Positions 49,114-58,587 are shown, numbered from the stretch's first letter. The stretch: 64,000 bases of DNA from Patescibacteria group bacterium (GCA_038057055.1 JBBUDY010000047.1:16048-80047); one strand, 5' to 3'. Numbers and translations: made by a program. The notes: generated by a model from the sequence alone, not told the origin.

Positions 49114-50575
49114 CTTTCCTCACTAAAATATCGTAGCTGTACTCCTCTTTTACCACTGTGTACTGTTCAAGATAGGGTTGTGCTTCAGTAAGTTTGCTCG
49201 GATGCATAATGACGATATCGGGGACACCGTTCTCCAGTTGCACAAGTTGTTCCTGCCCCGCGGTCCATATAACTCCATCTGCAAAATACTGCCAGTACGT
49301 ATCGTACTGTAAGAATGGAACAACGGCCGGTACATCAAATACGAAAACGCGTGTTTTTGCATCGAGTGCTCCAAAATCTCGCTCTAGGTTACTGGTGAGC
49401 TCTGACTGCGAGGCGCGTGATATCCACGAATGAGAAACCAGATAATAGCATTGTAACAACACAAAAAGACTCACGAGCGCTACCATGAGATGGTGTTCGT
49501 ATTTCTTCAGCTTGTCGATGTACGAGAGCAGCACAGCGAGGACCGTCCCGATGGCGGAAGGCAAGAAAAAAAGAGTAACAACATCAGCGGTAAAAAAGTA
49601 GCGATACCAGCCGGGAGTGCGCAGATAAGAAAGCATCACCAACACAGTGAAGAAGAACGCACAAGCTTCCGCATACGAAATGGCCTGTCTTTTTAGCTTT
49701 CGAATAACGAGCGCCAGAGTCCAAAGCGCAATGATACCAAGTGTATAAAGTGGTGTCGGCTCTGTGAAAAATCGCAGGAAATTCTTCCACATAACATCTG
49801 GGAGATTTGTGAGATGGTATGGATTTGCATAAAAGGAAAGGATGCCAGCGATTGAATCAGTAAGTGAAAATTGTGTCAGTAGCCACAGAATGACCGGCAA
49901 AGAAGAAGCACCAAGGAACCAAGGAAAGATAGTCCCAATTGAAGGCAGAGGTCGTCGATGGAAAAGAAATGTGCCACAAAGCGCAACCGGGACTATGAGA
50001 AAAAGCGGTTTCGTAACCGTCGTGAGGCCTAAGAATATACCGGTCGCTATGGCGTACCGAATATTTTTAAAATCAGACTCCTCGAGTTTTTGGAGAAAAA
50101 GAAGGAAAAGGAGTAAAAAAGAAAGGCCAGGCACCTCACCAAGTACGTTCTTTCCGTTCCCGTAGAGCGAGGAAAAAGTCGCCACAAAGAAACCCCCTGC
50201 AAGTGCATACCATCTGTTTTGAAGACGCGTGAGCAGACATATCCCTGTGGCAATGAGTAAGAATATGAAAAGAACTGCCACCGCACGCGCGGTAACAATG
50301 TTGACACCGAAGAGATAAAAACTTGCTGCCACCGGCACGGTTACCGGAAAGCCAGACGATATGTACGCCGCCGACACAAATTCGCCCGGTGCAAGCTGAA
50401 GCCCCATAACTCCATGCAAGGCAATATTTTCTGCAACCTGCAGGATCATTCCTTCGTCGTACCATGTGGGGGGGCTTTCGCTCAGACGGTAGAGCGAAAA
50501 GAAAGCGACAAGAGAAAAGAGTACGAGCAAAAGCGCGTACGGTACGTATTTTTGACCCACAACACTCGCGGACAT
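49097..50575 (-). CDS. GT-C membrane glycosyltransferase (ArnT/PMT-like)
   Basis: WYDEG in the first loop, FGVNIVTARAV, VLGEVP, VTKP, RYFF; many TMs. Confidence 0.75.
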   Translation of the reverse strand: MSASVVGQKYVPYALLLVLFSLVAFFSLYRLSESPPTWYDEGMILQVAENIALHGVMGLQLAPGEFVSAAYISSGFPVTVPVAASFYLFGVNIVTARAVAVLFIFLLIATGICLLTRLQNRWYALAGGFFVATFSSLYGNGKNVLGEVPGLSFLLLFLLFLQKLEESDFKNIRYAIATGIFLGLTTVTKPLFLIVPVALCGTFLFHRRPLPSIGTIFPWFLGASSLPVILWLLTQFSLTDSIAGILSFYANPYHLTNLPDVMWKNFLRFFTEPTPLYTLGIIALWTLALVIRKLKRQAISYAEACAFFFTVLVMLSYLRTPGWYRYFFTADVVTLFFLPSAIGTVLAVLLSYIDKLKKYEHHLMVALVSLFVLLQCYYLVSHSWISRASQSELTSNLERDFGALDAKTRVFVFDVPAVVPFLQYDTYWQYFADGVIWTAGQEQLVQLENGVPDIVIMHPSKLTEAQPYLEQYTVVKEEYSYDILVRKVKTGK

Positions 50576-50683
50576 GACGTCTCAATCCTAACACAATAAA
50601 CAAGCTGTCAAGAAATAGCCGTAGAGCAAGGAAGGTGTATACTATGAGAGTACTGATTACCCAATAACTCGTAGGACGAAGGT

Positions 50684-51514
50684 ATGAAAAAATATTTCTA
50701 TTCACTCGGTGCTCTCACGCTTGCGCTCAATGTAGGCGCGCTCCCGGCGGTATCAGGTGTCCCATCGGTACCGGTTCAGGTCAGCATACCCGACATCGAA
50801 CAAGATTTTGATGATATACGAGTTGGGAATGTGCGAGTGAGTTCGGACGGGCAGAACGGTACAAACGTGCGGGTAGGAGACGTACAGGTAACTTCGGATG
50901 AACGAGGTGGTTCGAAAGTGAGAGTAGGAGATATAGAGATACGTGCGGGTGGGGAGGACGACTCGATTACGGTCGGAGGTATGAAATTTGAACTTGAAAG
51001 GAATGTAACTTCAGTGTTTTCGTTTGATGATTTGAAGCAGTCGATGGAACAGCGCAAACAAGAACTCGAGGACGAATTGGCGAGCACGACGTCCCAGACT
51101 CAAGATATTCTAGAAGGTGCAAATCAGGTGCGTCTTGCAGTGCACGCACTTCTTGCATCGAAGGATATGCTTGGCGGTATCGGGCAGCAAGTATCGCAGA
51201 TTGCGCAACAAATGAACGATTCAGTGGCTACGACGACGAACGCCGAGACGAAGATACAGTCGCGCAGTTTCTTTTCCAATCTTTTGTTCGGTGGTGACCG
51301 TGGTGCTGCAGATACGATTTCGAAGGAAGTTACAAAGGGTCAAGAAAATATTACCAAGCTTACTGAACTCCTCAACCAAACGAATGTCTCTACAGAGGTG
51401 CAGACAACGCTCGAGGCACAGATAAATGCACTGCGAGTAGAGCAGGAACGTCTTCAGGACCTCGCGAAGAAAGAAAAAAGTCGTTGGGGAATCTTTAGTT
51501 GGCGCTTCTTCTAG
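50684..51514 (+). CDS. Secreted hypothetical protein with VRVG repeats and a coiled-coil C-terminus
   Basis: Signal peptide MKKYFYSLGALTLAL; SD-like purine tract upstream; Q/E/L-rich helical C-terminus. Confidence 0.7.
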   Translation: MKKYFYSLGALTLALNVGALPAVSGVPSVPVQVSIPDIEQDFDDIRVGNVRVSSDGQNGTNVRVGDVQVTSDERGGSKVRVGDIEIRAGGEDDSITVGGMKFELERNVTSVFSFDDLKQSMEQRKQELEDELASTTSQTQDILEGANQVRLAVHALLASKDMLGGIGQQVSQIAQQMNDSVATTTNAETKIQSRSFFSNLLFGGDRGAADTISKEVTKGQENITKLTELLNQTNVSTEVQTTLEAQINALRVEQERLQDLAKKEKSRWGIFSWRFF

Positions 51515-51545
51515 TCATGAATAGCATGGTATAGTTGTCCCAATC

Positions 51546-53711
51546 ATGCATAACGAGGGGACGGTAGGGCAGATGGCGAGATGGGTGGCGCTTGGGGCGC
51601 TTTTCCTCATTCCGGTCATGCCGTTTATTGTTGCGAACTCCTTCTTTTTCCCCTTTATAACCGGTAAGGCGTTCTACTTCCGTATCTTGGTTGAAATAGC
51701 GGTTGCGGCATGGGTGGTTCTCCTCTTTCTTAACAAGGAATATCGTCCGCGCTTCTCCTGGATTGGTGCGGCGGTACTCGCCTTTGTCGTATGGATGTTT
51801 ATTGCGGATGCATTCGCGATAAATGCGGCAAAAGCGTTTTGGAGCAATTTTGAACGTATGGAGGGCTGGATGCTTCTTGTGCATCTTCTCGGTTTCTTTT
51901 TCGCCGCAAGCGCAGTATTGCGAGTAGAAAGAAAGTGGCGCGCTTGGTTCCTCACCTCTCTTGCGGTGTCAGTCGTTCTTTCGGGGTACGCGCTTCTGCA
52001 GCTCACCGGTTCTCTTGCTATCCATCAGGGATCTGTTCGTGTAGACGCGTCGCTTGGTAACTCGGCTTATTTTGCCGTGTATCTGTTGTTCAATGTGTTC
52101 ATCGCGCTCTGGCTTTCCTTGACCTCGAAATCTCCTTGGCTCAAATGGTCCTTACTCGCACTTGCGGTTATAGAGGCAGTACTCATCTTCTTCACAGAGA
52201 CACGAGGTACGGTGCTCGGGTTGGTGGGAGCGCTTATGCTCGCGGCGTTTCTTACAGCGCTCACGGCAGGGAAACATATGCGGCGATTTGCAGCGGCGGC
52301 ATTTGTCCTCCTCCTCATCCTGACGACTGGTTTCTATGCTTTCCGCAACTCGTCGTTCATCCAGGATAATCATACACTTCAGCGTATTGCCTCTATTTCG
52401 CTCAATGATGGCGCAACGCGTTTTGCTATTTGGCGAATGGCTTTTCGGGGAGCGCTCGAACGCCCGCTCACCGGTTGGGGACAGGAAGGATTTAATTATA
52501 TTTTCAACAAGTATTACGACCCGTCACTGTATCATCAGGAACCGTGGTTTGATCGGGCGCACAATGCATTTATCGATTGGCTCACCGCAGGAGGGTTGCC
52601 AGCTTTTGTTTTGTATCTCTCGCTTTTCGGCACCGCACTCACGCTCTTATGGAAGAGTCCCGAACTTTCACGTCCGGAGCGTATTGTACTTACCGCTGCT
52701 TTAGTCGGATATGCATTTCACAACATCTTCGTTTTCGACAACCTCTTTTCTTATGTGTATTTCTTTGCCATACTCGCGCTTATCGATTCGCAGGTCGCAC
52801 GACCTATTCCGAGATTTGAATCTGCACCCGAACTTAGCGCTACGGATGGAGCGACAACCGTTCTTCCCGTTGTTACCGTTGTTGCGGCCGCACTTATCTG
52901 GTACATCAATATTCCCGGGATACAAGTGGCAACCAAACTTATCACGGCAATTTCTCCTTCGAGTATGGGCGTTACCGCGAACATTGCGGCGTTTGAGAAT
53001 CTCGTCGCTCACCCGGCTTTTGCCGTTCAAGAAATCCGTGAACAACTCATCTCATTCGCCGCTTCGGCCGCGCAGAGTCCACAGGTAACCAATGAACAGA
53101 AGCAGCAGATAGTCTTGCTTGCGTTAAACGAGATGCAAAAGCAAGTTGATACCTACCCGCTCGATGCGCGTGAGCAGTTACAGCTCGCGTATCTGTATCG
53201 TACTATCGGAGACAGTGCGAACGCACTCAAATACATTAAAACCGCAGGATCTCTCGCGCCGAAAAAAGAAGATATTTTAATTCAGGCAGGAGCGATTGAG
53301 TGGGACATGGGTAACCTGAAAGCAGCACAAACGAATTTCAATACCGCCTATGCCCTTGCCCCACAATTCGAAGATCTTGCGGAATACGCCGCCGCCGGTA
53401 ACTTCGCGGCTGGCGACGTGACGGCTGCCGAAAAGATTCTGCTCGATGTGTACGGTACACTAAATGTGAGCAGCGACGTTCTCGCTGTTGCATATTACCG
53501 GACAAAGGACTGGCCGCGCCTTATTGCTATGTGGAAGATGCGCACGAGCAAAACCGATGCAACTGCGCAAGCTTGGTTCTCGCTCGCGGCCGCTTATTAT
53601 ACGTCGGGGGACAAAGCGAATGCCATCAAAACGATTACTATCGCTATCGAAAAGTATCCAGATGCGGCGGCCTCTGGCGCGGAGGCACTCAAGCAGATAC
53701 GGGAGCAATGA
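51546..53711 (+). CDS. O-antigen ligase / O-oligosaccharyltransferase family protein with C-terminal TPR-like repeats
   Basis: SLGNSAYFA, TETRG, RFAIW, RPLTGWGQEGF, FDRAHN; many TMs, then helical repeats. Confidence 0.85.
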   Translation: MHNEGTVGQMARWVALGALFLIPVMPFIVANSFFFPFITGKAFYFRILVEIAVAAWVVLLFLNKEYRPRFSWIGAAVLAFVVWMFIADAFAINAAKAFWSNFERMEGWMLLVHLLGFFFAASAVLRVERKWRAWFLTSLAVSVVLSGYALLQLTGSLAIHQGSVRVDASLGNSAYFAVYLLFNVFIALWLSLTSKSPWLKWSLLALAVIEAVLIFFTETRGTVLGLVGALMLAAFLTALTAGKHMRRFAAAAFVLLLILTTGFYAFRNSSFIQDNHTLQRIASISLNDGATRFAIWRMAFRGALERPLTGWGQEGFNYIFNKYYDPSLYHQEPWFDRAHNAFIDWLTAGGLPAFVLYLSLFGTALTLLWKSPELSRPERIVLTAALVGYAFHNIFVFDNLFSYVYFFAILALIDSQVARPIPRFESAPELSATDGATTVLPVVTVVAAALIWYINIPGIQVATKLITAISPSSMGVTANIAAFENLVAHPAFAVQEIREQLISFAASAAQSPQVTNEQKQQIVLLALNEMQKQVDTYPLDAREQLQLAYLYRTIGDSANALKYIKTAGSLAPKKEDILIQAGAIEWDMGNLKAAQTNFNTAYALAPQFEDLAEYAAAGNFAAGDVTAAEKILLDVYGTLNVSSDVLAVAYYRTKDWPRLIAMWKMRTSKTDATAQAWFSLAAAYYTSGDKANAIKTITIAIEKYPDAAASGAEALKQIREQ

Positions 53712-54790
53712 AATTACAGGAACACGTCTCACTCGCGCCACTCACGACACTCGGCGTTGGCGGAGAAGCGCGGTTCTTCGTCGAAGCAGAAACTACACAA
53801 GACGTCATAGACGCGCTCGACTACGCGCGGGAACGCTCGCTCTCGGTATTCGTGCTCGGAGGCGGTTCAAATATTGTTATTGCCGACGAAGGAGTTATGG
53901 GCTTAGTACTTCTGGTGCGCATACCGGGTATTGTATGTGATGTGCAGAGTAACCACGTACGCATAACAGTCGGTGCGGGTGTTGAGTGGGACGAACTCGT
54001 TGCGTATACGGTCTCGCATGGATTTATCGGTCTCGAGTGTCTTTCCGGAATTCCCGGTACGGTCGGCGGTGCGGTCGTTGCAAATCTTGGGGCATACGGA
54101 GCGCAGTGCAGTGACACCTTCGTAAGTGCAGAGGTACTGATGTGCGACGACAAGACGCATACGTTGCACACATTCAAGAATGAGGATTGCGACTTTTCCT
54201 ACCACGACAGTATGTTTGGTCATATGCCGGGGAAATATCTCGTACTGAAGGCAACATTTGCACTGTCGACGACAGGCACGTCGCGCCTCTCCTACAAGGA
54301 CAATCGTTTTGATCTAAACAAACTCACTGCAAAGATTGGTCATGAACCGACTCCTGCGGATGTTCGCGCGGCGGTGCTCACTATGCGTGAAGAGAAGGGA
54401 GTTCTCCGAAGCTCCTACAGGAGTGCGGGCTCCTTCTTTCATATGCCGTTCGTGTCGTCGGAGAGTTATACACAGCTTATGGCGCAAACGCGAGAGTTGG
54501 ATAGTGCAAAAGAAGAGCGATTACGCCCATGGGCGTGGAAACAGGCGGACGGTACCTACAAAATTGCCCCTGGATTTTTGCTTGAATACACCGAATTTCA
54601 GAAAGGATACGTGCATGGAGCGGCGGGAATCTCGCCGAAGCACACACTCTCGATAATCAATGTGGGCGGCGCACGCGCAGAAGAAATTGCGGCGCTTGCA
54701 CGCGATATGCAGAGAGAGGTTGAGAAATTGTTCGGCATCCACCTTGAACGTGAAGTTGAATACGTCGGGAATGTAGAGCGTGTAAAATAA
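53708..54790 (+). CDS. murB: UDP-N-acetylenolpyruvoylglucosamine reductase
   Basis: TTLGVGG, LGGGSN, GLECLSGIPGTVGGA, GAYG, SAGSFF, KHTL, LEREV. Confidence 0.93.
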   Translation: MKLQEHVSLAPLTTLGVGGEARFFVEAETTQDVIDALDYARERSLSVFVLGGGSNIVIADEGVMGLVLLVRIPGIVCDVQSNHVRITVGAGVEWDELVAYTVSHGFIGLECLSGIPGTVGGAVVANLGAYGAQCSDTFVSAEVLMCDDKTHTLHTFKNEDCDFSYHDSMFGHMPGKYLVLKATFALSTTGTSRLSYKDNRFDLNKLTAKIGHEPTPADVRAAVLTMREEKGVLRSSYRSAGSFFHMPFVSSESYTQLMAQTRELDSAKEERLRPWAWKQADGTYKIAPGFLLEYTEFQKGYVHGAAGISPKHTLSIINVGGARAEEIAALARDMQREVEKLFGIHLEREVEYVGNVERVK

Positions 54791-54801
54791 TTTTGAGAAA
54801 G

Positions 54802-54810
54802 TTATCCACA
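54802..54810 (+). promoter_or_regulatory. Single consensus DnaA box
   Basis: Exact TTATCCACA in intergenic DNA; only one copy seen. Confidence 0.4.
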
Positions 54811-54939
54811 CTTCATATTTTTTTCTCACACAAAAAGTTTTTCTCGCGCGATAATACATTACAGAACGTCTGCACACGAAAAATATTTCGTACACGGACG
54901 GGTCGACATATCAACCCTCATCTTTAATTCGCAACCACC

Positions 54940-54993
54940 ATGGCAAAGAAAAAGGCTGCTAAGAAGCGCAAGGCCGCAAAAAAGCGCGCATAG
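54940..54993 (+). CDS. 17-aa Lys/Ala/Arg-rich peptide MAKKKAAKKRKAAKKRA
   Basis: ATG...TAG below the ORF-track cutoff; the internal KAAKKR repeat differs only at synonymous third positions; a terminator follows immediately. Confidence 0.7.
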   Translation: MAKKKAAKKRKAAKKRA

Positions 54994-55000
54994 TTTTGTA

Positions 55001-55038
55001 AAAAGAAAAAACCGCCCTCTCGGGCGGTTTTTTCTTTT
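55001..55038. terminator. Intrinsic terminator (potentially bidirectional)
   Basis: AAAAGAAAAAACCGCCC-tctc-GGGCGGTTTTTTCTTTT, a perfect 17-bp inverted repeat. Confidence 0.9.
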
Positions 55039-55070
55039 CGTGCTTTGGATTTCAAACTTTGCTATACTCT

Positions 55071-57599
55071 ATGTCAATGCTTGGGCTTTCCCGCCTCTTT
55101 TCTTCTAACCAATCTGCCGCCTTTCTTCGGGCTGCGGCGCCTATCGTGGCGTCCATACGCAGGCATTCAGAGGTCTTGGAAGGCCTTTCCGACGAGTCGG
55201 TGCGCGCACGGTTTTCTGAAATTCGTATCCATGCGTCAAAAGCCAGTACGCCGCCAGAAACGGACCTTTCCGAGGTGTTTGCACTGGTCCGCGAAGCAGC
55301 ACGGCGGACACTTCGCCAGCCGCATTTCGACGTACAACTCATCGGCGGACTCGCGCTCCTACGCGGAAAGATCGCCGAGATGCGTACCGGTGAAGGCAAA
55401 ACACTTGTTGCGACCCTGCCGGCGACGTTCCATGCGCTTTCGGGGAAAGGAGTACAGGTTGTTACGGTGAATGATTATCTCGCCCGTCGCGATGCGGCAT
55501 GGATGGGGCAGGTATATCAGTATCTCGGTCTTACGGTTGGTGTCGTGACGTCTGCCGGTGCGTATCGATACGATGCGTCACACGTCGCTACACAGGAAGA
55601 CAGGGAGCGTGATGTCGCCGGTTCATTTAAGGTGTTTTATGACTACTTACGTCCAGCGACCAAGCACGACGCGTATGCCGCTGACGTTACGTATGTTACT
55701 AACAACGAACTCGGATTTGATTATCTCCGTGACAACACCGCGTATGATGCTTCGCAGATTGTACAGCGCGGCCACCATTTCGCCATCGTCGACGAAGTCG
55801 ACTCAATCTTGATAGATGAGGCACGTACGCCGCTCATTATCTCCGGACCCGCCGGCGACTCCCAAAACCTTTACGAACGCTTTGCCGGTATCGTTCGTAC
55901 TATGAAGGAGAGTGAGGATTATACGATCGATGAGAAGCAAAAAGCCATCCAAATCACCGAAGAGGGAATGCGAAAGGCCGAAATAGCGCTTGGGCTCGAG
56001 AATCTGTACACCGAGGGCGGGGTGAAATACGCCCATCACCTTGAGACGGCAGTACGCGCGAAAGCATTATTTCAGCAGGACAAAGAATATGTAGTGCGCG
56101 ACAATGAGATTGTCATTGTCGATGAATTTACGGGGCGGCTTCAACCCGGGCGTCGCTGGTCGGAAGGTCTTCACCAAGCCATCGAGGCGAAGGAGGGAGT
56201 GAAAGTGCAGGAGGAGACGCGTACCTACGCCACGGTGACGTTTCAGAACTTGTTCCGTATGTATACGGGGCTTGCCGGCATGACGGGCACTGCGCTCTCC
56301 TCAGAGGAGGAATTTTATACCGTGTACGGGCTTGACGTCGTCGTGGTGCCGACTAATAAACCATCAGCCCGCAAGGACTTTGATGACCTTATTTTTCAGA
56401 CCGCAGCAGGAAAGTACCGTGCGGTCGCGCGCGCGGTGAAGGAGCGGCATACGAAAGGACAGCCGGTTCTCGTTGGCACGGTTTCCATTGAAGACAATGA
56501 ATTGGTCAGTACCTTTCTGAATGATGCGGGCGTGCCGCATGAAGTATTGAACGCGAAGAATCATGAACGGGAAGGTGAGATTATTGCCGAGGCAGGTTCG
56601 GTGGGGCGCGTAACGGTGGCAACGAACCTCGCGGGGCGCGGCGTTGACATTAAGCTCGGTGGCGCGCTCGCGACTCTAGAACAACGAACAACAGTTCTTG
56701 AGAGAGGGGGACTTGCGGTAATCGGCACCGAGCGGCACGACGCGCGCCGCATCGACAACCAGCTCCGCGGACGCTCGGGTCGTCAAGGGGATCCTGGTGA
56801 GACGCGATTTTACGTGTCGCTTGAGGATAAATTGATGCGCGTTTTTGCCGCAGAGACATTGAAAAAAGTAATGGGACGTTTCGGCATCCCAGAAGATGAG
56901 CCTATAGAGAGTGCGATGATTACTCGGTCACTCGAGACTGCACAGGGCAGGATTGAAGGGTTCAACTTTGACTCTCGCAAGCAAGTGCTCGCCTATGACG
57001 ACGTGATGAACACCCAGCGTCTCGCCATTTATGCGCGCCGCCGTGCCGCGTTGCAGGGAAGTAGTGGGGAGGTGGAGATGCTCATACGAGATTTGCTTGG
57101 CGATGGAGAAACAGCAAATGCGGCGTTTGAAGCAAAGAAAGCCAAGTTTGGCGAGGCTTTCGTCCCGCATTTGCGACGCCTTCTCTTGCAAGTAATCGAT
57201 ACCTTCTGGCTCGAGCATCTTGAGACAATGGACTATCTTCGCCGCTCTGTTTCCTTGCGGGCGTACGGCCAGCGAGATCCGCTCATCGAGTATCGTCGTG
57301 AAGGGCTCCAGCGTTTTCGGCAGCTTGAAGAAAATATCAAAGTTGCCGTTGCAGAAGCGCTTCCACGTCTCCAAAACACGGACGATACTCGCGTTCGCGC
57401 AGAACAAGAGAAGACACGCGCAGCGCTTGTCGCCGCAGGGAAGGAGGAAGGTGCCGCTCCGGCGCCGCTTAAAAAGGCAGCGGGGTACGGCCGCAATGAT
57501 ATAGTCACGCTCAAGAAAGGCGACGAGACGAAAACACTCAAATTTAAAAAAGCGGAAATCTTTTTATCACAAGGGTGGGAGATTGCACACGAAGCATAG
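55071..57599 (+). CDS. secA: Preprotein translocase ATPase SecA
   Basis: EMRTGEGKTL, VTVNDYLARRDA, ELGFDYLRDN, IVDEVDSILIDEARTPLIISG, ATNLAGRGVDIKLG, RRIDNQLRGRSGRQGDPG; start 55071 or 55077. Confidence 0.97.
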   Translation: MSMLGLSRLFSSNQSAAFLRAAAPIVASIRRHSEVLEGLSDESVRARFSEIRIHASKASTPPETDLSEVFALVREAARRTLRQPHFDVQLIGGLALLRGKIAEMRTGEGKTLVATLPATFHALSGKGVQVVTVNDYLARRDAAWMGQVYQYLGLTVGVVTSAGAYRYDASHVATQEDRERDVAGSFKVFYDYLRPATKHDAYAADVTYVTNNELGFDYLRDNTAYDASQIVQRGHHFAIVDEVDSILIDEARTPLIISGPAGDSQNLYERFAGIVRTMKESEDYTIDEKQKAIQITEEGMRKAEIALGLENLYTEGGVKYAHHLETAVRAKALFQQDKEYVVRDNEIVIVDEFTGRLQPGRRWSEGLHQAIEAKEGVKVQEETRTYATVTFQNLFRMYTGLAGMTGTALSSEEEFYTVYGLDVVVVPTNKPSARKDFDDLIFQTAAGKYRAVARAVKERHTKGQPVLVGTVSIEDNELVSTFLNDAGVPHEVLNAKNHEREGEIIAEAGSVGRVTVATNLAGRGVDIKLGGALATLEQRTTVLERGGLAVIGTERHDARRIDNQLRGRSGRQGDPGETRFYVSLEDKLMRVFAAETLKKVMGRFGIPEDEPIESAMITRSLETAQGRIEGFNFDSRKQVLAYDDVMNTQRLAIYARRRAALQGSSGEVEMLIRDLLGDGETANAAFEAKKAKFGEAFVPHLRRLLLQVIDTFWLEHLETMDYLRRSVSLRAYGQRDPLIEYRREGLQRFRQLEENIKVAVAEALPRLQNTDDTRVRAEQEKTRAALVAAGKEEGAAPAPLKKAAGYGRNDIVTLKKGDETKTLKFKKAEIFLSQGWEIAHEA

Positions 57600-57600
57600 T

Positions 57601-58572
57601 ATGGCATTTGTTGATGAAGCGAAGATATATGCGGAGTCGGGGAAAGGCGGCGACGGCGTCATTCGTTGGCTGCGCACTAAGGAGACTGCTCGCGGTGGAC
57701 CTTCTGGCGGCGACGGTGGGAAGGGTGGTGACGTTATTCTTGTTGGGGTACGTGATTTGGCAGCACTCGCGCAGTATCGGTATGAGAAAAAATTTCATGC
57801 AGAAAATGGCGAAGCCGGTAAAGGTGAATTGAAACGCGGCGCAAATGGCGAACCGATGCTTCTGAAAGTACCCGTAGGCACATTTGCACGTGTGGTTCAG
57901 ACTGGTGAGGAATATGAAATTACCAAAGAGGACGAACAGATTCTTCTTTTTCGCGGAGGGTATGGTGGTCTTGGCAATGCGCGATTCAAGAGTTCTACCA
58001 ATCAGAATCCCTTCCAACAAACCGTTGGGAAAAAAGGGAAGGGTGGGGATATCGAACTGACCCTTAAAATTATTGCTGATGCGGGGCTTATCGGTCTACC
58101 AAACGCAGGCAAGTCCTCACTCTTGAACGCGCTTACCCGGGCGAAGTCAAAAGTCGGTTCCTATCCCTTCACAACGCTCGAGCCGAATCTCGGAGAATTC
58201 TATGGTCACATACTTGCTGACATACCAGGACTTATCGAAGGAGCCTCGTCAGGGCGAGGTCTCGGTATTAAATTTTTGAAACATGTTGAAAGGACAGGAA
58301 TCCTATTACATCTTGTCTCGGCAGACCAAGATGACCCACTCGCGGCCTATAGGGAAGTACGGAAGGAAATAGAGTTGTTTAGGCATGGACTCGATTCAAA
58401 ACGGGAAATCGTTATCCTGTCCAAAATAGACCTTATTTCGCAAGATACATGGGAAACCAAAGCTAAGCTTTTAGCCCGCGAGACCGGTAGGGAAGTACTC
58501 CCAGTATCAGTAAAAGATCCCGAATCCCTCAAGAAATTTTCAGATCAACTTTCAAATATCTTCAAGAAGTAG
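57601..58572 (+). CDS. obgE: GTPase ObgE/CgtA
   Basis: FVDEAKI, GGPSGGDGGKGG, GLPNAGKSSL, YPFTTLEPNLG, DIPGLIEGAS. Confidence 0.96.
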   Translation: MAFVDEAKIYAESGKGGDGVIRWLRTKETARGGPSGGDGGKGGDVILVGVRDLAALAQYRYEKKFHAENGEAGKGELKRGANGEPMLLKVPVGTFARVVQTGEEYEITKEDEQILLFRGGYGGLGNARFKSSTNQNPFQQTVGKKGKGGDIELTLKIIADAGLIGLPNAGKSSLLNALTRAKSKVGSYPFTTLEPNLGEFYGHILADIPGLIEGASSGRGLGIKFLKHVERTGILLHLVSADQDDPLAAYREVRKEIELFRHGLDSKREIVILSKIDLISQDTWETKAKLLARETGREVLPVSVKDPESLKKFSDQLSNIFKK

Positions 58573-58587
58573 TATTCTTTGGGAATC

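Noticed and set aside
806-53707. ORF-track N-terminal extensions (806, 7330, 13848, 26614, 32414, 33713, 53531 and others)
   Set aside because: They overlap neighbouring genes; family motifs and -10 or stop-start coupling indicate the downstream ATGs
54791-54939. Replication origin
   Set aside because: Only one DnaA box, no box cluster and no dnaA/dnaN nearby; the AT-rich 60832-61420 region has no consensus DnaA boxes that I could find
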